Below are positions 1-8,571 of a DNA stretch of 18,756 nucleotides, one piece after another. The notes beneath the pieces were generated by a model that made no database searches, was not told the DNA's origin, and saw only the letters and a program-made list of their open reading frames with translations. How positions within the stretch are numbered: position 1 is the first letter of the stretch; each line of letters opens with the position of its first letter. This DNA comes from a virus (lineage: Duplodnaviria > Heunggongvirae > Uroviricota > Caudoviricetes). Position numbers and translations under genes: made by a program. The DNA is taken from positions 1 through 18,756 of IMG/VR virus record IMGVR_UViG_2660237951_000012; one strand, written 5' to 3'.

Positions 1-413
1 GATCGTATGTGCCTTTATGATTGGTCTGTAGATAGTGTAGAGCAGAAAAGAAAAGGTGGAGTCAGAACAGGATGAAAGTCGGAGGATAAAAAGTCAGTTC
101 AAGTATGGGGGATTCAGTGGTTACCACCAGGAGCTTGCAATGGGAACAGCGAATATTAACGGTAGCCACCGATAAATTTCAAAAAAGAGCATATGCCTAA
201 TATTCAACCAAACAGTGGCATCTTAAATATACTATTCCAAATATATTAAAGTCCCATGGAGTTACCTGGAAAGGGCCTTCATGTCTGTAATTCCTACTTA
301 TGTAGGAAATGTTGTACAGAACATTTATTATAATCCTATTCAAATATAATAATCAGCCATTATTATATTTAAACACTAGAGAGTGTCGTTGGTATTTAAT
401 GGGGAAAGGTGAG

Positions 414-731
414 ATGAAAAAGATAGCTGCTATATCATTAATTAGTATTTTTCTTATGTCTGGTTGTGCTGTGCATAATGATGAGACAAGTATCGGTAAA
501 TTTGGTCTTGCATATAAAAGTAATATTCAGCGTAAACTCGATAACCAATACTACACCGAAGCCGAAGCTTCTTTAGCCAGGGGCAGAATATCTGGTGCAG
601 AAAATATAGTAAAAAATGATGCAGCCCATTTCTGTGTTACTCAGGGCAAAAAAATGCAGATAGTTGACCTGAAGACAGAAGGTGCAGGATTACATGGCGT
701 CGCTCGTCTGACATTCAAATGTGGAGAGTGA
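414..731 (+). CDS. small lipoprotein, 105 aa (host flank)
   Basis: ATG at 414 preceded by AAAGGTGAG Shine-Dalgarno; N-terminus MKKIAAISLISIFLMSGCAV has a signal peptide with LMSGC lipobox. The listed ORF start at 309 is an unsupported upstream extension. Length and position next to the P2 site fit E. coli yegR, but the sequence itself was not recognised. Confidence 0.6.
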   Translation: MKKIAAISLISIFLMSGCAVHNDETSIGKFGLAYKSNIQRKLDNQYYTEAEASLARGRISGAENIVKNDAAHFCVTQGKKMQIVDLKTEGAGLHGVARLTFKCGE

Positions 732-793
732 GAATATTTTTTGGTAAGCGTCAAACATGCGCGTTCTGGTTGTGCTTAGCCGGAACCTGTGCG

Positions 794-826
794 AGCACGA
801 TGCCGTTACGTGAAAGGCATCGTGCT
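794..826. other. perfect 11-bp inverted repeat (AGCACGATGCC / GGCATCGTGCT) with 11-nt loop
   Basis: Seen directly in the sequence downstream of the lipoprotein gene; no T-run follows, so it is not a canonical intrinsic terminator. Confidence 0.4.
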
Positions 827-888
827 ATGAAGGGAGATTCTATCGATGTGGTCAATGGAAGACGGTGGCCAGGGATAGGGCTTATGCA

Positions 889-916
889 TAAAAAATAAGC
901 CCGTGTAAGGGAGATT
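889..916 (+). repeat. attL core of the P2-like prophage
   Basis: TAAAAAATAAGCCCGTGTAAGGGAGATT is repeated exactly at 17223..17250 in direct orientation. It matches the P2 att core as remembered and lies next to the int gene. Confidence 0.85.
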
Positions 917-995
917 TAGGGTGTCACCAGTAGGGGCTTTCAACGGTACAATGCGGGTTTGAGCGGCATAAATTACCACTGAAAGCCCTTAAACG

Positions 996-2009
996 TTACT
1001 CTACTGTGGACACTATGTGGACACTCTCGGCCTCAGTACCACCTCTTAGCGGATTAAGAGAAATGGCGTCCTGAAGGTACTCTGGCGCAAAATGAGCGTA
1101 AACCATAGTTTGCTCAATCCGCGTGTGACCTAGTATCCGTTGTAGCGTGATAATACTTCCTCCATTAATCATGAAATGAGTGGCAAAGCTGTGCCTTAGT
1201 GCATGTGTGGCTTGCCCCATTGGCAAATCCGGTTTTATTGCTTTCATTGTTCGTCTGAAGCGAGGGTAATCAGCATCAGGGAATAAAAAACCTCGTTTGT
1301 TATCCGCGATCATTTTGGCAACAGCCTCTGAGATCGGGACGGTGCGTGGTTTGTTTGTTTTCGTTTTAACAAACGTGACGCGGTTATGGATGATATTTTC
1401 TGCTTTCAAACGAGCTGCTTCTCCCCAACGTGCTCCAGTACTCAGGCAAAGAATCGCAATCTTTTTGTTGTCGCCGTCAAGAGCAGCAAGCAGTAAGGCA
1501 ATTTCTTCCTGCGTGAGATAGCCTGTGTCTGGTTTTTCCTCCTTAAGCCTTTTTGTCCCTCTGATAGGGTGCTCACCAAAGAATAACTCCGCTTCAATCA
1601 GGGCTGTAAACATGCCGCTAATACATGTTAAATCACGATTGATACTCGAAGGTTTAATACCCTGACTTCTTCGGGTGGCGCAGTACTGGCTGATAAGCGA
1701 TTTCGTAATTTGAAATGCGCATGGGTCATTCGTTATTTTTGTGAAGATTTCAATTTTTCCAAGATTAGATTTCCCATGCTCTTCGTGTTTACCCTTTAAA
1801 TCCCACCAGATCTGTGTCAGCTCCGACAGACGTCGCTTGTCTGTTGGTTTTGATAGCCATTCTTTATTGTGGTGGTTGTACAACGTGTATTTCTCGAAAG
1901 CGACAGCTTCGCTTTTCTTATCAAACTTCCTACGGATGCGTTTTCCATTACGTCCAGTAGGGCGGATGTCCACTTCATATCGACCATCATCGAGTTTTTT
2001 GATTGCCAT
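996..2009 (-). CDS. int: P2-type tyrosine integrase
   Basis: 337-aa translation (MAIKKLDDGRYEVDIRPTGRNGKRIRRKF...HALRHSFATHFMINGGSIITLQRILGHTRIEQTMVYAHF) matches remembered P2 Int, with the R...HxxR...Y catalytic signature; adjacent to attL. Confidence 0.95.
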   Translation of the reverse strand: MAIKKLDDGRYEVDIRPTGRNGKRIRRKFDKKSEAVAFEKYTLYNHHNKEWLSKPTDKRRLSELTQIWWDLKGKHEEHGKSNLGKIEIFTKITNDPCAFQITKSLISQYCATRRSQGIKPSSINRDLTCISGMFTALIEAELFFGEHPIRGTKRLKEEKPDTGYLTQEEIALLLAALDGDNKKIAILCLSTGARWGEAARLKAENIIHNRVTFVKTKTNKPRTVPISEAVAKMIADNKRGFLFPDADYPRFRRTMKAIKPDLPMGQATHALRHSFATHFMINGGSIITLQRILGHTRIEQTMVYAHFAPEYLQDAISLNPLRGGTEAESVHIVSTVE

Positions 2010-2124
2010 CAGAAAACCCTCCGAGTGGTGTGTTTTTTTGCGACTACTAATCGCTTTTTTCGTGGTGGCTGAAATTTAGCCACCAATAGTAGGCACTTGT
2101 GATGAATATATTCACGATGAATTG

Positions 2125-2424
2125 TTAACCAGTCTTTTGACCGGAGTGGGGCGACGTTGTTTCGTTTTGCCCAAAGTGTGCGAGAGCGGGCGCAATTTGC
2201 CCGGACTCAGGAGCGATCTGATTGGTCATGAACCATAAAGTGTATTTGGTGAATTGTGGGGTCTGCAGGATGTTCATCATGACATCTGTTGGAGGTGTTG
2301 AACGACCACTTTCATAGTAACTCAGCGTGCCATACGGAACCCCTGTTAAATCAGCAAGTTGTTGTCTGCTCAAATACTCTGATTTTCGCATTAAGACTAT
2401 CTTCTCGCTTATCGTGTTTGACAT
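2125..2424 (-). CDS. C: P2 immunity repressor C
   Basis: 99 aa, MSNTISEKIVLMRKSEYLSRQQLADLTGVPYGTLSYYESG..., helix-turn-helix; divergent from cox as in P2. Confidence 0.9.
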   Translation of the reverse strand: MSNTISEKIVLMRKSEYLSRQQLADLTGVPYGTLSYYESGRSTPPTDVMMNILQTPQFTKYTLWFMTNQIAPESGQIAPALAHFGQNETTSPHSGQKTG

Positions 2425-2538
2425 GGTGTTTAGATCTCAATAGTATTTAGTTTAGATGTAGATTGTTTAGTGCTTGGATGTGGGCACTAAAAGGCATTAT
2501 AAGACATTAAACGCAATTCATGAGGGCTAGAGGACGAC
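2425..2538. promoter_or_regulatory. C/cox immunity switch region with operator direct repeats
   Basis: Direct 8-bp repeats GTTTAGAT at 2428..2435 and 2450..2457 (22 bp apart) plus further TTTAG/TAGAT copies between the divergent C and cox starts, consistent with the P2 C operator layout. Confidence 0.55.
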
Positions 2539-2814
2539 ATGAGCAAGCAAGTAACACTCATGACTGATGCGATTCCTTATCAGGAGTTCGCAAAACTAAT
2601 AGGAAAATCGACAGGAGCGGTTCGTCGGATGATTGATAAAGGAAAGCTGCCTGTAATTGATATGACCGATCCACAATCAGCTTCAGGTCGTGCAGGTGAA
2701 TATTGGGTATACCTTCCGGCATGGAATAACGGACTAAAACTGGCTTATGAAAGCCGCCCTAAAGAGATTCGTGACGGCTGGTTGATGTGGTTGTGCCTTT
2801 ATGACAGTGGATGA
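2539..2814 (+). CDS. cox: P2 Cox (excision and lytic-switch regulator)
   Basis: 91 aa, MSKQVTLMTDAIPYQEFAKLIGKSTGAVRRMIDKGKLPVIDMTDPQSASGRAGEYWVYLPAWNNGLKLAYESRPKEIRDGW; the last codons may be altered by the adjacent rearrangement junction. Confidence 0.88.
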   Translation: MSKQVTLMTDAIPYQEFAKLIGKSTGAVRRMIDKGKLPVIDMTDPQSASGRAGEYWVYLPAWNNGLKLAYESRPKEIRDGWLMWLCLYDSG

Positions 2815-3040
2815 AATACGCATCGCGGATAACGGCGCGTTTTGTCGCTTCCGGCCACTTTTCATCCCACCTGTCGACCGAAAACGCCCACGCCAGCCAC
2901 GGCAGCAGATTTGCCGGACAGGTGTCCGGGTTCCACAGCTCACGAATACTGACCGGCGTTTTTTCAATTTCCGCACAGGCTTTTGCGGCGGCGACCTCAA
3001 GCGGTGATGAGCCGGTCGGCAGCAGTCGCGAATCACTCAT
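2795..3040 (-). pseudogene. I: tail protein I, N-terminal fragment (3' end lost at junction with cox)
   Basis: MSDSRLLPTGSSPLEVAAAKACAEIEKTPVSIRELWNPDTCPANLLPWLAWAFSVDRWDEKW...HCHKGT matches remembered P2 gpI up to about residue 82, then diverges and terminates. Inverted relative to canonical prophage order. Confidence 0.7.
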
Positions 3041-3359
3041 CCGAGCCTCCGGTCACGACGCGGTATTCGGTACAGAAAGACGCCTGCGTACTGTTGAGCA
3101 CGATGTCGGCCAGTGGTGCAGCCAGTTCGACACGCTGCACACCTTCCACATGCAAAGCGGCATAAATGGCAGACAGACGGATGTCGCGCCCCAGCCGGTG
3201 CTGTGCCGTGATATACGCTTCCAGCTTTTTCACAGCGGCAGCGCGGATGGGTTCGCTTTCGGGACCAGGGTAAAGGTAAAGCGTGGCGTTTATCTGGTAT
3301 TCAACGATGGCGGCAGACTGCACGGTCAGCCGGTCTTCAAAACGCTTAAACTCATTCAT
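3033..3359 (-). pseudogene. J: baseplate protein J, C-terminal portion (108-aa ORF)
   Basis: Sits immediately upstream of I with an ATGAGTGA start/stop overlap, as J does in P2; C-terminus ...TEYRVVTGGSDE. P2 J is about 302 aa, so only the C-terminal third is present. Identity rests on gene order plus partial recollection. Confidence 0.55.
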
Positions 3360-3740
3360 CCCACTTACTCACCAGTTCGCCATTGATATAAAGCTCCATC
3401 GGGCGGGTGACCGGCTCCGGCGGCGGAGGTTCCGGGATATTCTTCACATGCAGCGCACCGTCAACCTCACTGACCAGCGTGCGCTCGGTCAGCATCAGGC
3501 TGATGCTGATATCAAAGCTGCTGTCATTGTTGATGTCCGCATAAAACGTGAAGCCCTTTTTCTGGCCTTCGTCGGTGGTCATGATGTCGGGCTGATTTTC
3601 CCGCAGCCACGCCAGCACCGGCACGATGAGCAGGTCAAAATCACCGGTAAAGTCGGTCACAATGACATTGAGCGTGTAACGCTTTTCGAATGACAGCGAC
3701 GTCGCCAGTGTGGAGGCAATACTCCCGTTATCCGTCGTGG
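3352..3740 (-). pseudogene. C-terminal fragment of an unresolved P2-like late (virion morphogenesis) protein
   Basis: Protein-like sequence ...TDFTGDFDLLIVPVLAWLRENQPDIMTTDEGQKKGFTFYADINNDSSFDISISLMLTERTL...MELYINGELVSKWDE ending in an ATGAATGA overlap with the downstream ORF. The N-terminal 50 residues of the listed ORF are Gly/Ala-rich and look like antisense of the P fragment. Family not identified. Confidence 0.35.
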
Positions 3741-3963
3741 CTGTCTGGAATATGACGTCAGCGCCACCGACATCACCAGCTCGTTTATGGCTATCCGCAA
3801 GACCATGACCAGCAGCGGACGCAGTGCCACCTATGAGGCCAGCCGCAGCGAGGAAGCCAGCCACGCCGACCTCGCCTGGGCGACCATGCACGCCCTGTTA
3901 AATGAGCCACTCACCGCCGGTATCAGCACCCCGCTGACATCCACCATTCTGGAGTTTTACTGA
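3741..3963 (+). pseudogene. P: terminase large subunit P, C-terminal remnant
   Basis: The frame ending in TGATG overlap with the Q start codon translates to ...MAIRKTMTSSGRSATYEASRSEEASHADLAWATMHALLNEPLTAGISTPLTSTILEFY. P precedes Q in the P2 P-Q operon; only about 70 codons remain (an internal ATG at 3787 would give 58 aa). Confidence 0.4.
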
Positions 3964-4997
3964 TGAGCAAGAAAAAAGGGAAAACACCGCAACCTGCGGC
4001 AAAAAAAATGACCGCCAGCGCCCCGAAAATGGAGGCATTCACCTTTGGTGAGCCGGTGCCGGTACTCGACCGCCGTGACATTCTGGATTACGTCGAGTGC
4101 ATCAGTAACGGCAGATGGTATGAGCCACCGGTCAGCTTTACCGGTCTGGCAAAAAGCCTGCGTGCTGCCGTGCATCACAGCTCACCGATTTACGTCAAAC
4201 GCAATATTCTGGCCTCGACATTTATCCCGCATCCGTGGCTTTCCCAGCAGGATTTCAGCCGCTTTGTACTGGATTTTCTGGTGTTCGGTAATGCGTTTCT
4301 GGAAAAGCGTTACAGCACCACCGGTAAGGTCATCAGACTGGAAACCTCACCGGCAAAATATACCCGCCGTGGTGTGGAAGAGGATGTTTACTGGTGGGTG
4401 CCGTCCTTCAACGAGCCGACAGCCTTCACGCCCGGCTCCGTGTTTCACCTGCTGGAGCCGGATATTAATCAGGAGTTGTACGGCCTGCCGGAATATCTCA
4501 GCGCCCTTAATTCTGCCTGGCTGAATGAGTCGGCCACGCTGTTCCGCCGAAAGTATTACGAAAATGGCGCTCATGCCGGATACATTATGTACGTCACCGA
4601 TGCCGTGCAGGATCGCAACGATATCGAAATGCTTCGCGAAAACATGGTTAAGTCGAAAGGCCGCAACAACTTTAAAAATCTGTTTCTCTATGCCCCACAG
4701 GGGAAAGCCGACGGCATCAAAATTATCCCGCTCAGTGAAGTGGCAACGAAGGACGATTTTTTTAATATCAAAAAAGCCAGCGCCGCAGACCTGCTGGACG
4801 CACACCGCGTCCCCTTTCAGTTGATGGGCGGCAAGCCGGAGAATGTCGGGTCACTGGGTGATATTGAGAAAGTGGCAAAAGTATTCGTGCGAAATGAACT
4901 TACTCCACTCCAAAACCGGCTCAGTGAGGTCAATCATTGGGTAGGAGAATCAGTAATATGTTTTAAAAATTACAAACTTAGCGATGAGGATTATTAG
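3963..4997 (+). CDS. Q: portal protein Q
   Basis: 344 aa, MSKKKGKTPQPAAKKMTASAPKMEAFTFGEPVPVLDRRDILDYVECISNGRWYEPPVSF... matches remembered P2 gpQ at the same length. Orientation is inverted relative to int/C/cox. Confidence 0.92.
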   Translation: MSKKKGKTPQPAAKKMTASAPKMEAFTFGEPVPVLDRRDILDYVECISNGRWYEPPVSFTGLAKSLRAAVHHSSPIYVKRNILASTFIPHPWLSQQDFSRFVLDFLVFGNAFLEKRYSTTGKVIRLETSPAKYTRRGVEEDVYWWVPSFNEPTAFTPGSVFHLLEPDINQELYGLPEYLSALNSAWLNESATLFRRKYYENGAHAGYIMYVTDAVQDRNDIEMLRENMVKSKGRNNFKNLFLYAPQGKADGIKIIPLSEVATKDDFFNIKKASAADLLDAHRVPFQLMGGKPENVGSLGDIEKVAKVFVRNELTPLQNRLSEVNHWVGESVICFKNYKLSDEDY

Positions 4998-5002
4998 CCT
5001 AT

Positions 5003-5029
5003 AAAAAAGGCCGCAGAGCGGCCTTTTTT
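5003..5029. terminator. bidirectional intrinsic terminator between convergent Q and the 835-aa gene
   Basis: A6-GGCCGC-aga-GCGGCC-T6: GC stem flanked by an A-run and a T-run, so it can terminate on both strands. Confidence 0.7.
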
Positions 5030-5030
5030 A

Positions 5031-7505
5031 TTATACCTTTGTAATATGCTTTAATATTTCAATCACTTTAGCAACATATGATTGACTTACGCCGCCATCT
5101 CCTTCATATTCAGATATTTTATTTAAAGACTGTTTACATGCTTCCATATATTTAACTTTATTACTCTTCGATAGCTTATTGTAATTTGACAAATGAAAAT
5201 CTTTATATCTCGAAAACTGCCTCAGAGAGTAAATATCCACATCCAAATTACTAAGAAGGTTGTTTGCCTTTTCGAAATTAGAGAATACAATATTACCATC
5301 TGGTATCTTTTCGCTTGAAAGCAAATATATTTTTGCTTGCTGGGTATCAATATTGTTCGTGTGATATTTTGCTCGCTTTTCAGCTAACGCATATGCCTGG
5401 TCAATATACTGTTGTGCTTTTGGGTAATTTTTGTAAGCAATAAAACACATTGCGTATTGCAACCAGAAGTGTGGGTTTGAATTTAGCCATGGAACTTCAA
5501 TTTTTAACTTTTCATAATATCGTTGTAGCGTTGATATTTTCATACTTTCAGGAAGCAGCTGCTCAACAAAAGAAAACCTGAGCATAGCTTTAAATATTCT
5601 ATCCTGTTCATAATCCTTAGAGTTTAATTGATTAAACCTTGATGCAATAGTAAGCATTCGCTCTATAATAACAGTAGGAGTGAAATTATTTTTTATTAGA
5701 TGTATGCAAAATAAACTAGACCCGTTAATGATCCTACCGCCATGGAAATTAAATATTGCCTTAAACGCACTGTTATTAGTAAAATCCGGATCATAAATCA
5801 AATCATTGCCTGCAAGATCAGATATAATCCCTCGATTCGTTTCAATGCCAAGTATTTGACAAAGACAAATTGAAATAATTGTGTTTTCATGACTCTTACT
5901 CTTTTTAATCCCGGTAATTAAATCACTTATCTTATTTTTTATTTGCGGCGACTCCAAAAGAGTAAGCAATGCAATTGAGAATTGACTGTTATTCTCATTA
6001 GCTAAATATCTTACCTTTTGCTCTACACTAAGCCCTGCATTATCTCCCCAAAGACCTAAGTTATCTATTATTTTTGAAAAATCTTTTAACTCTACCTCAT
6101 CTAACATATCAATATTTATTTCAGAATATTTGAATTTTATGCGCTCCAAATCATCTCTGTGATATTCATGATCTGCAACACGGGCAGTAGCAAGTATTAG
6201 TACATTTTCGTAAGCAGCTCTGCCCACATGTTCCATTAATTCAAGATTCTTCTCATACCCATCAAGTAATATGATATTTTTCATGGATGATTGTGCTATA
6301 TAGTCAATATCTGATATAAAATCACCATCTATATCGGCCACTGTATAAACATCATAACCACCGACGGATAAAACACTCCTTAGCTCTTTCAATAAGATGG
6401 TTTTTCCGTTTCCAAGCGCCGAATAAATAATTACATTTTTTGATTGTTCAATTAATGAAACAGCTTTATCAATTTCACTTCTTTTTACTAAAAACGGTAC
6501 CTTAGTATTACCAAGTATAAAATTATCAATATGATGATCATCCAAATCACCATACATCAACATTTTTTCAACCTCTTCATCTCTAATAGAACTTGATTCA
6601 TTGGTTATATCATGAAGAAAAAGTGACTGTAGCTTATACTCCTGCTCTTCTGATACTGAAGTAATATTATCTCTTATTCTATTGGCAAAACCACTCAAAC
6701 CTATAGGCAAAACGGTACCGAATTTTTCTAGAGTAAATTCTAATTCGATATCAGGATTGAGACTAGTTACAAAAAATGTTTTTTCTTTTAATTGAGGTAA
6801 GGTAGAAAGGATTTTTTTTATTTCAATATCATACATTGAATAACCGATAAAAACGATCGCGCCACACCTATCTAAATCTCTTTTAAAATAATAGAACCAT
6901 TCAGAGTCAGTAAAAGAGTCAGGGCTTGAATAAGATGAATCAGAAAGTTTGAATGAATCATCAAGCGTTTCAGTAGAAATATTATTAATTGAACCATTAA
7001 GATGAATACATAAATTCTTGCGCTTATAATATTCCTTTGTTTTATGCTCAAGATCTATAGTTTCGAATTTATTACCGGATGATTCAGCTGCGATCTCAAA
7101 ACATCGGTCATAATTAGTTGTGTAACAACGTTTCCATGGTAGCGATGCGATTATATTTTGGTTCTCCGATGTTGTTTTTATAGAATAATTATAAATTAAT
7201 AGTTCTATTAATTTTAATGACGAGTTTTTTGCTAAGTAATAATCAGAAGAAAAGCGTAGGTTATCATTTTTAGGTATTGAACAAAGACCACATAATATAT
7301 GAGATAGCTCTATTGAAGAAGAAGGATTAGTATCATTAATATTCGTAGCTTCTTTAGAGAAACCCGCCCCCAAAAACAACATTGCCTTTCCAGAACAAAT
7401 ATTTGTAACTAGTTTAGCATAATCAATAGTTTGCTTGCTAATAATCAACTCTGTAAAATTAATATCCATTATAAAACCTATCATATAAATTAAGTGGGAT
7501 TTCAT
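5031..7505 (-). CDS. SIR2-like domain / P-loop NTPase / TPR-like repeat protein, candidate anti-phage defence
   Basis: The N-terminus carries the SIR2-type motif set LFLGAGFS, TTNYD, IHLNGS and VFIGYSMYD. The middle has a Walker A-like YSALGNGKT, Walker B-like NIILLDGYE and LILATAR. The C-terminus is helical and repeat-like. The listed ORF starts on TTG at 7538; ATG at 7505 (or 7469) is more likely. Strongly AT-rich by eye. Confidence 0.8.
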   Translation of the reverse strand: MKSHLIYMIGFIMDINFTELIISKQTIDYAKLVTNICSGKAMLFLGAGFSKEATNINDTNPSSSIELSHILCGLCSIPKNDNLRFSSDYYLAKNSSLKLIELLIYNYSIKTTSENQNIIASLPWKRCYTTNYDRCFEIAAESSGNKFETIDLEHKTKEYYKRKNLCIHLNGSINNISTETLDDSFKLSDSSYSSPDSFTDSEWFYYFKRDLDRCGAIVFIGYSMYDIEIKKILSTLPQLKEKTFFVTSLNPDIELEFTLEKFGTVLPIGLSGFANRIRDNITSVSEEQEYKLQSLFLHDITNESSSIRDEEVEKMLMYGDLDDHHIDNFILGNTKVPFLVKRSEIDKAVSLIEQSKNVIIYSALGNGKTILLKELRSVLSVGGYDVYTVADIDGDFISDIDYIAQSSMKNIILLDGYEKNLELMEHVGRAAYENVLILATARVADHEYHRDDLERIKFKYSEINIDMLDEVELKDFSKIIDNLGLWGDNAGLSVEQKVRYLANENNSQFSIALLTLLESPQIKNKISDLITGIKKSKSHENTIISICLCQILGIETNRGIISDLAGNDLIYDPDFTNNSAFKAIFNFHGGRIINGSSLFCIHLIKNNFTPTVIIERMLTIASRFNQLNSKDYEQDRIFKAMLRFSFVEQLLPESMKISTLQRYYEKLKIEVPWLNSNPHFWLQYAMCFIAYKNYPKAQQYIDQAYALAEKRAKYHTNNIDTQQAKIYLLSSEKIPDGNIVFSNFEKANNLLSNLDVDIYSLRQFSRYKDFHLSNYNKLSKSNKVKYMEACKQSLNKISEYEGDGGVSQSYVAKVIEILKHITKV

Positions 7506-7566
7506 AGTTAGTTCATTTCTGAACACAAAGCAAGTCAATAGCCATAATAAAATCTTTAACGCGCAG

Positions 7567-7585
7567 TGCTTTCCCCGCCTCGCCC
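7567..7585 (-). other. P2 cos site (19-nt cohesive end)
   Basis: Minus strand reads GGCGAGGCGGGGAAAGCAC, a 19/19 match to the P2 cohesive end as remembered; orientation agrees with the inverted segment. Confidence 0.8.
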
Positions 7586-8154
7586 GCCCGCTTCATGTGG
7601 CGGTTTTAATGCAGTTGCATAGATACTATGGATCCGCACCAGCTCTGACCGCGAGCAGCTGGAACGGGCATCCCCGACGCATGCAAAAACATTCACTTGT
7701 TGCATGCACGGCTTATTTAATGACAAATCAACTTAAGCGTCACCGCAGCTCCCACAAAAAAACGTAACACCATGATTTTAGTGATATTTATGACTTTTTT
7801 AATTGCTTATTTAAGTCCGCCATATTGAAACCGTGCATTTTTTAGCCACCAATAACTTTAAAAAATTTACATTGCTTTCAATACCTTATCATCCGTAGTC
7901 CCTGCTTTTTACTTTGAGCTATATCAAAAAAAGCTCAAACATCCTTGATGCAAAACCAGTATTACACAACATAAAATGCAACCAGAAACAACGACATACT
8001 ATATGTTGTGTTGTTCAGGCTCTCTGTTCGGTGATATGCCAGATCACTTTGCGTTTAAACAGAGCATTATTTCAGGGCAAGACTTCGCTAAATAGTAACT
8101 CCGCCTCAGAAGCGCATATATCGGCGGAAATTGCCCTCTGCTTACAGGAGGAGA

Positions 8155-8268
8155 TATGAAGAAGTGCTATTACTGCATTCTCGTTCTGGCCCTCTTTGGC
8201 TATCCATATGGTAGTCCAAGTGGTTTGTCAGTAAACGTCAGTAATATCCATGTAAGTATTATTCTTTA
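8155..8268 (+). CDS. hypothetical 37-aa hydrophobic peptide
   Basis: ATG preceded by strong AGGAGG Shine-Dalgarno at 7-nt spacing; MKKCYYCILVLALFGYPYGSPSGLSVNVSNIHVSIIL; followed by a hairpin with T-run. No recognisable homology. Confidence 0.35.
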
Positions 8269-8282
8269 GTATGCTTCAAACA

Positions 8283-8311
8283 AAAAAACCACCTGCCAGG
8301 GTGGTTTTTTT
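8283..8311 (+). terminator. putative intrinsic terminator
   Basis: AAAAAAACCACCTGCCAGGGTGGTTTTTTT: CCACC/GGTGG stem followed by a T7 run. Confidence 0.5.
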
Positions 8312-8571
8312 GCGCCTGTCATCATTCCGATGAAAGACTAGCAAGACTTCGCTCGAGATGAATTATGCTTCGACAAAAGGTCACTCGCAATGGTTTTATT
8401 AGCCGAAATAGATGCTCTTTTATGACTCGAATCAAATAGCTGCCTTAAATTACATGCTAGCGATTCAATACAATTTAGCCTTCTACTTCAGCATGCTATT
8501 GCTCCTCATCTGCATTAGAGGCGCTTCGCATAATCCATTCAAAGGCATATAAAATCACGCTGCATTTTTAC

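Noticed and set aside
309-413. N-terminal extension of the lipoprotein ORF (MLYRTFIIILFKYNNQ...)
   Set aside because: No ribosome-binding site and an implausible AT-rich leader; the ATG at 414 has a good Shine-Dalgarno and starts directly with a signal peptide and lipobox.
1297-2079. Plus-strand ORFs 1297..1521, 1741..2079 and 1869..2072
   Set aside because: They lie entirely antisense to the well-supported integrase gene, with low-complexity translations.
2734-3693. ORFs 2734..3036(-), 2801..3007(+), 2811..3386(+), 2983..3165(+) and 3283..3693(+)
   Set aside because: Alternative-frame or antisense reads over the I and J fragments; Arg/Ser/Pro-rich junk-like translations.
4045-4824. ORFs 4045..4524(+), 4347..4805(-), 4525..4824(+) and 3957..4178(-)
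   Set aside because: Embedded in or antisense to the portal gene Q, whose frame is strongly supported.
7914-8159. 81-aa ORF MSYIKKSSNILDAKPVLHNIK...
   Set aside because: Starts on TTG with no Shine-Dalgarno, has a Cys-rich low-complexity translation and lies in the cos-proximal noncoding region.
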